Positions 60,471-64,000 of a stretch of DNA of 64,000 nt are shown here, piece after piece. Source of the stretch: Lingula anatina (taxonomy: Eukaryota; Animalia; Brachiopoda); contig CM120649.1 of assembly GCA_051362555.1 (NCBI GenBank), forward strand, positions 15,638,567-15,702,566. Direction: 5' to 3'. A model generated the notes under the pieces. It ran no database searches and had not been told where the DNA came from. It worked only from the letters and a program-made list of their open reading frames with translations. Each line of letters starts with the position of its first letter. The first letter of the stretch is position 1. The position numbers and the translations under genes are program-made.

Positions 60471-61335
60471 TTTCTGTTTCACCCACGATAAAATCATTTT
60501 GTTCCTTACTGATTATTACACGGTGAATGTCAAGGGGACACTGACATTGGTTAGGGAATTCTGGACCAGTAAATTTCTTACACACGTACGGTATGTTTTT
60601 CACCTCCAACCGGAGAAAGTCAAGATCCCATCAAAGATATAAATGCCACACACAAGATGTAGGTTGAATGTTTCTTCGATGTGTCTAAAAAGGGGCACCC
60701 TTTTAATGATATTTTGATTCATGTTTTTATTTATACCAACACCACATGGAATTTCATGGTTCTAAATTAATTAATTGACAAGGCAATCGTAATTGTAGTA
60801 AAAATAATGAAATTAATAGATTATATGCATATCATGACCAAGATTTTATAATAATAATTTATATGTATACCAACTTTGTGAATCTTCAAAACAACATCAT
60901 AGTACAAAACTGAACAATAATATAAATACCGGTAAGTTTATTGATCACGAGAATAATGTTATAGTGTAACTGCGACAGTGGTTACTTTAAGATCAGAGAT
61001 TCATATAGCAAACGCAGGAACGTTATCATTATATCGTAAGAAAATTCTAAATTTTCGAAATTATTGAGTTGAAATAACTCGCTAACAAAGCGTTGCTGGT
61101 GTTATGGGTGAATTCCCATTCTAATAACCACTTTTACGCTTGTTTAATGATCCCATAAGAACTAACATTGGACTATACTGTACATGTATCTCACTTAAAG
61201 CACTATATACAAGAAAAAATATGGCACAGAAAAACCGTAAGTAATGAATTGACGATCGTTTGACGTCTCGTTTTTTTACCTGCTAGTTAAGTCATGTGAT
61301 TTTGTGTCAGGTGACAATGGAATAAAAATACTCAC

Positions 61336-61500
61336 GTTTTGTTGTTGTTGTCCAGAATGCGTTTGTTGTGACACGTGTTGTACGCAATGTCATCTCAACC
61401 GGTTCCAGGTGTATGAGACTTCGCATCAGTTGAAAAAAGTGCAGTGGAGAAACGCTGCCCTCAGTCTGGTACCCGTATCGTCACTGACTACATGTACAAA
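61336..61500 (-). other. Possible non-coding first exon of IAP-4
   Basis: Donor aac|gtgagt at 61335; IAP-4 needs an upstream exon; the paralogous site at ~52271 is mutated (gcgaat). The 5' end is a guess. Confidence 0.3.
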
Positions 61501-64000
61501 GTATCAATGTTAACTTTTGTATTAGGATAAGATGCAGAATTTCATCAATACTTTCATTGATCAACTGATTTCTTGCAAAAATTTATGATCTGTAAACTGA
61601 TCATTTTGTTCTTATGTTGGCGCTTTTTTCTCATTCATTACCGAATGTTTTGCATTTAAATGCGGTAATTTAGTGTTATTTTGCCATGACAAATACAACT
61701 ATCGATTTTCTTTAAAGAAAGTACCTATCTTTTTCACTCCCTGATTACTGCAAGAATGTCAGTTGCAGTAAATATTATTCGAGCATTTAATAAATAGAAC
61801 TATTGCCCACCTTTCATTGCCTTTACTTTCATTTGCAATTACCTCTTGAACACTTAAAATGGTAGACATCTACAAATAAAGCAATTAACAATTTTAAACT
61901 TCAAAATGGTTCACATCACATTATTCTCGTTACTTGTGTCAACATAAATTAAATTCGCTTTGCAAACATTGCGGGGTACAAAAGACGCAGATTTTAATAT
62001 AAAAAATATTTATTTTGATATAAAAACATATAAAATTTGCCATTTAAAAGAAAAAAGCAAATAGCCAATTTATAATGACAGTTTCACAATCATGCAAAGG
62101 TACACATCAAGTTAGTTTGAATTAAAGTTTTAATTAAAAGTGATTACAATCCAAACATAGTATTCCTAAAGTACTCATTAAAACACAGAAAAAATAGTCG
62201 TCATACATCCTTTCGTGTAAAAAGTGAGTCTAGTTTTCTTATGACTTATTTGTAAACACGCATTATGAATTATGAACATAAAAACATACATGTAAACATT
62301 TGTTGCATTGACAACATTTCAATGATTTAAATGACATATTTAAAAGTAATAATGATATCCCACATTAGATACAATCATTGTATAACCAAATAATTTAAAT
62401 GTAGACCCATGTATTTCAGTAAAATGCTTTATTAAAAATTCAAAACTAGATATTTTATACCACATAAAACGTAAATATTAAAAAAATCATGCTTATCACT
62501 TATCTAATCAAGATTATCTATGTGATTAAAGTGTTCGAACTTTAAAAAAATATATCATATATATTTTTTAAAGGTTATATTGAATAAAAGAGGATTTAAA
62601 ACATACACAATTTTTGTTTGGATAAAGCAAATAAATAAGATACTATGTCTGCTTTCCTTTTTGTAAATGGCATGACTTTTTTGCATTGATAATAACTGTA
62701 TATAAAGTGACAATTATGAAAAAATTAGCATGTGCCGAATGGTTTAGAATGTAAATACACGTATTTTATCATGAGAGTCTGTCAGTAATTACAATTAATA
62801 TTTTGATAATGTATAAACAATTGGATTTGAAAGACATGCTAATTATACAAGATGCTTATACATATTTTAAAAATATACGTATTTAAATGACTTGGACGTT
62901 AAACATAATATACCAGCTATATCTTAAGAAAATATAAATCTTTCAAGCCGCAATTTGGATAAAACAAAAATATTGTTCTGCATTGATAATATTTGAAGTG
63001 ACAAGTTTGAAAATAATAAACCATATCCCACGTAATACACAAACATCATGTGTCGAATGGCTTTAAACAGAAATATTCTATCACTGTTGAAAAACGTGAT
63101 TCTCATCTTAACAGGTGTGTTAATACTGTGTTTTGGCATTATTAGGAAAAATATGACCTAAATTCCACACTTGGTCAGTGGCATGTACGCCATGAGTATT
63201 ATTGAACTTTTTCCTTTTACAGGAGCACACTCCCTCACCTACTGTAGAAAAATATATGCTGTTTATAAAATAACAAATAGGTCCTATATTTATGTACGTT
63301 GTCGGTGCTTTATCAAGTTCTGGAACGCTCTCTTCCTTAGTGTGAATAGAATAATGTATATAATATATGTGTGGATGGACCTTTTCCTCTGTGTCAGGCC
63401 TACATATATGTATAAATCTCCATCAATATACTAAATACTTTAACAATATATGTTGCTTTTGCTTTTCTTGTATCGGTAACTGGGTTAATGATATTAAATT
63501 CGGAAAGATGTTGCTTTTGGTGATGAAGAGGAGAGAATGGAAAATACCTTATAATAGATGACTTATTTCACAAAAAAAAGGAACATTTTCACCTTTCCCT
63601 TTTACTGTCAAACTTACTACTATTGCCACAACAGACAAGTTTAACATGAAACGTTGACTTTAACTATATCAATAACTGATCCTAATCGATAACTGCAATG
63701 ATGAAAAGCAGCAGTTCTGGACCGAAAAAAAAATGTAGAAAGGATGGATCTGTACAGATGTTACCCACGACACAATATTGTTGCTAAGTGACAATGCACA
63801 TGTTGTCAAGTTGCCGCGTGCGGTGGTGAGTGATGACGTTACCACGTGTGTTTCGTTCTTGTGAACTCGTCAGGTGGGCTTGACAGTCCAATTCGAAATA
63901 ACAAGAACTGTAATTAAGTGAATATACATAAATATATTCAAATTCTGGTAATGCATTTGCAGACAAATTAAATCAATTGTTGATAATTTAGCGAAAAAGT

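Overview
AT-rich animal genomic DNA with spliceosomal introns, probably from a marine invertebrate (lophotrochozoan-like; inference only). The window is a rearranged inhibitor-of-apoptosis (IAP/BIRC) gene cluster. It holds two complete 3xBIR-UBA-RING genes (34731-36632 -, 55639-58290 -), one 3xBIR-UBA gene whose RING is cut off by a stop (23267-24955 +), a 2xBIR gene (42903-47029 +) and several BIR/RING pseudogene fragments. Two copies of a micro-exon gene encode a CASPR/Neurexin-IV-type fibrinogen-related domain plus an unrecognised Cys-rich domain; they were co-duplicated with IAP pieces. A duplicated small 2-TM gene is also present. Mobile DNA includes a DIRS-class tyrosine-recombinase retrotransposon whose recombinase appears to need splicing, a non-autonomous Polinton/Maverick derivative (1.2-kb TIRs, 6-bp TSD), an ISL2EU-like relic, a TIR element with a RecQ fragment, and many MITEs. 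Near-consensus NF-kB sites cluster around the IAP 5' ends. All assignments come from reading motifs by eye; no database search was run.
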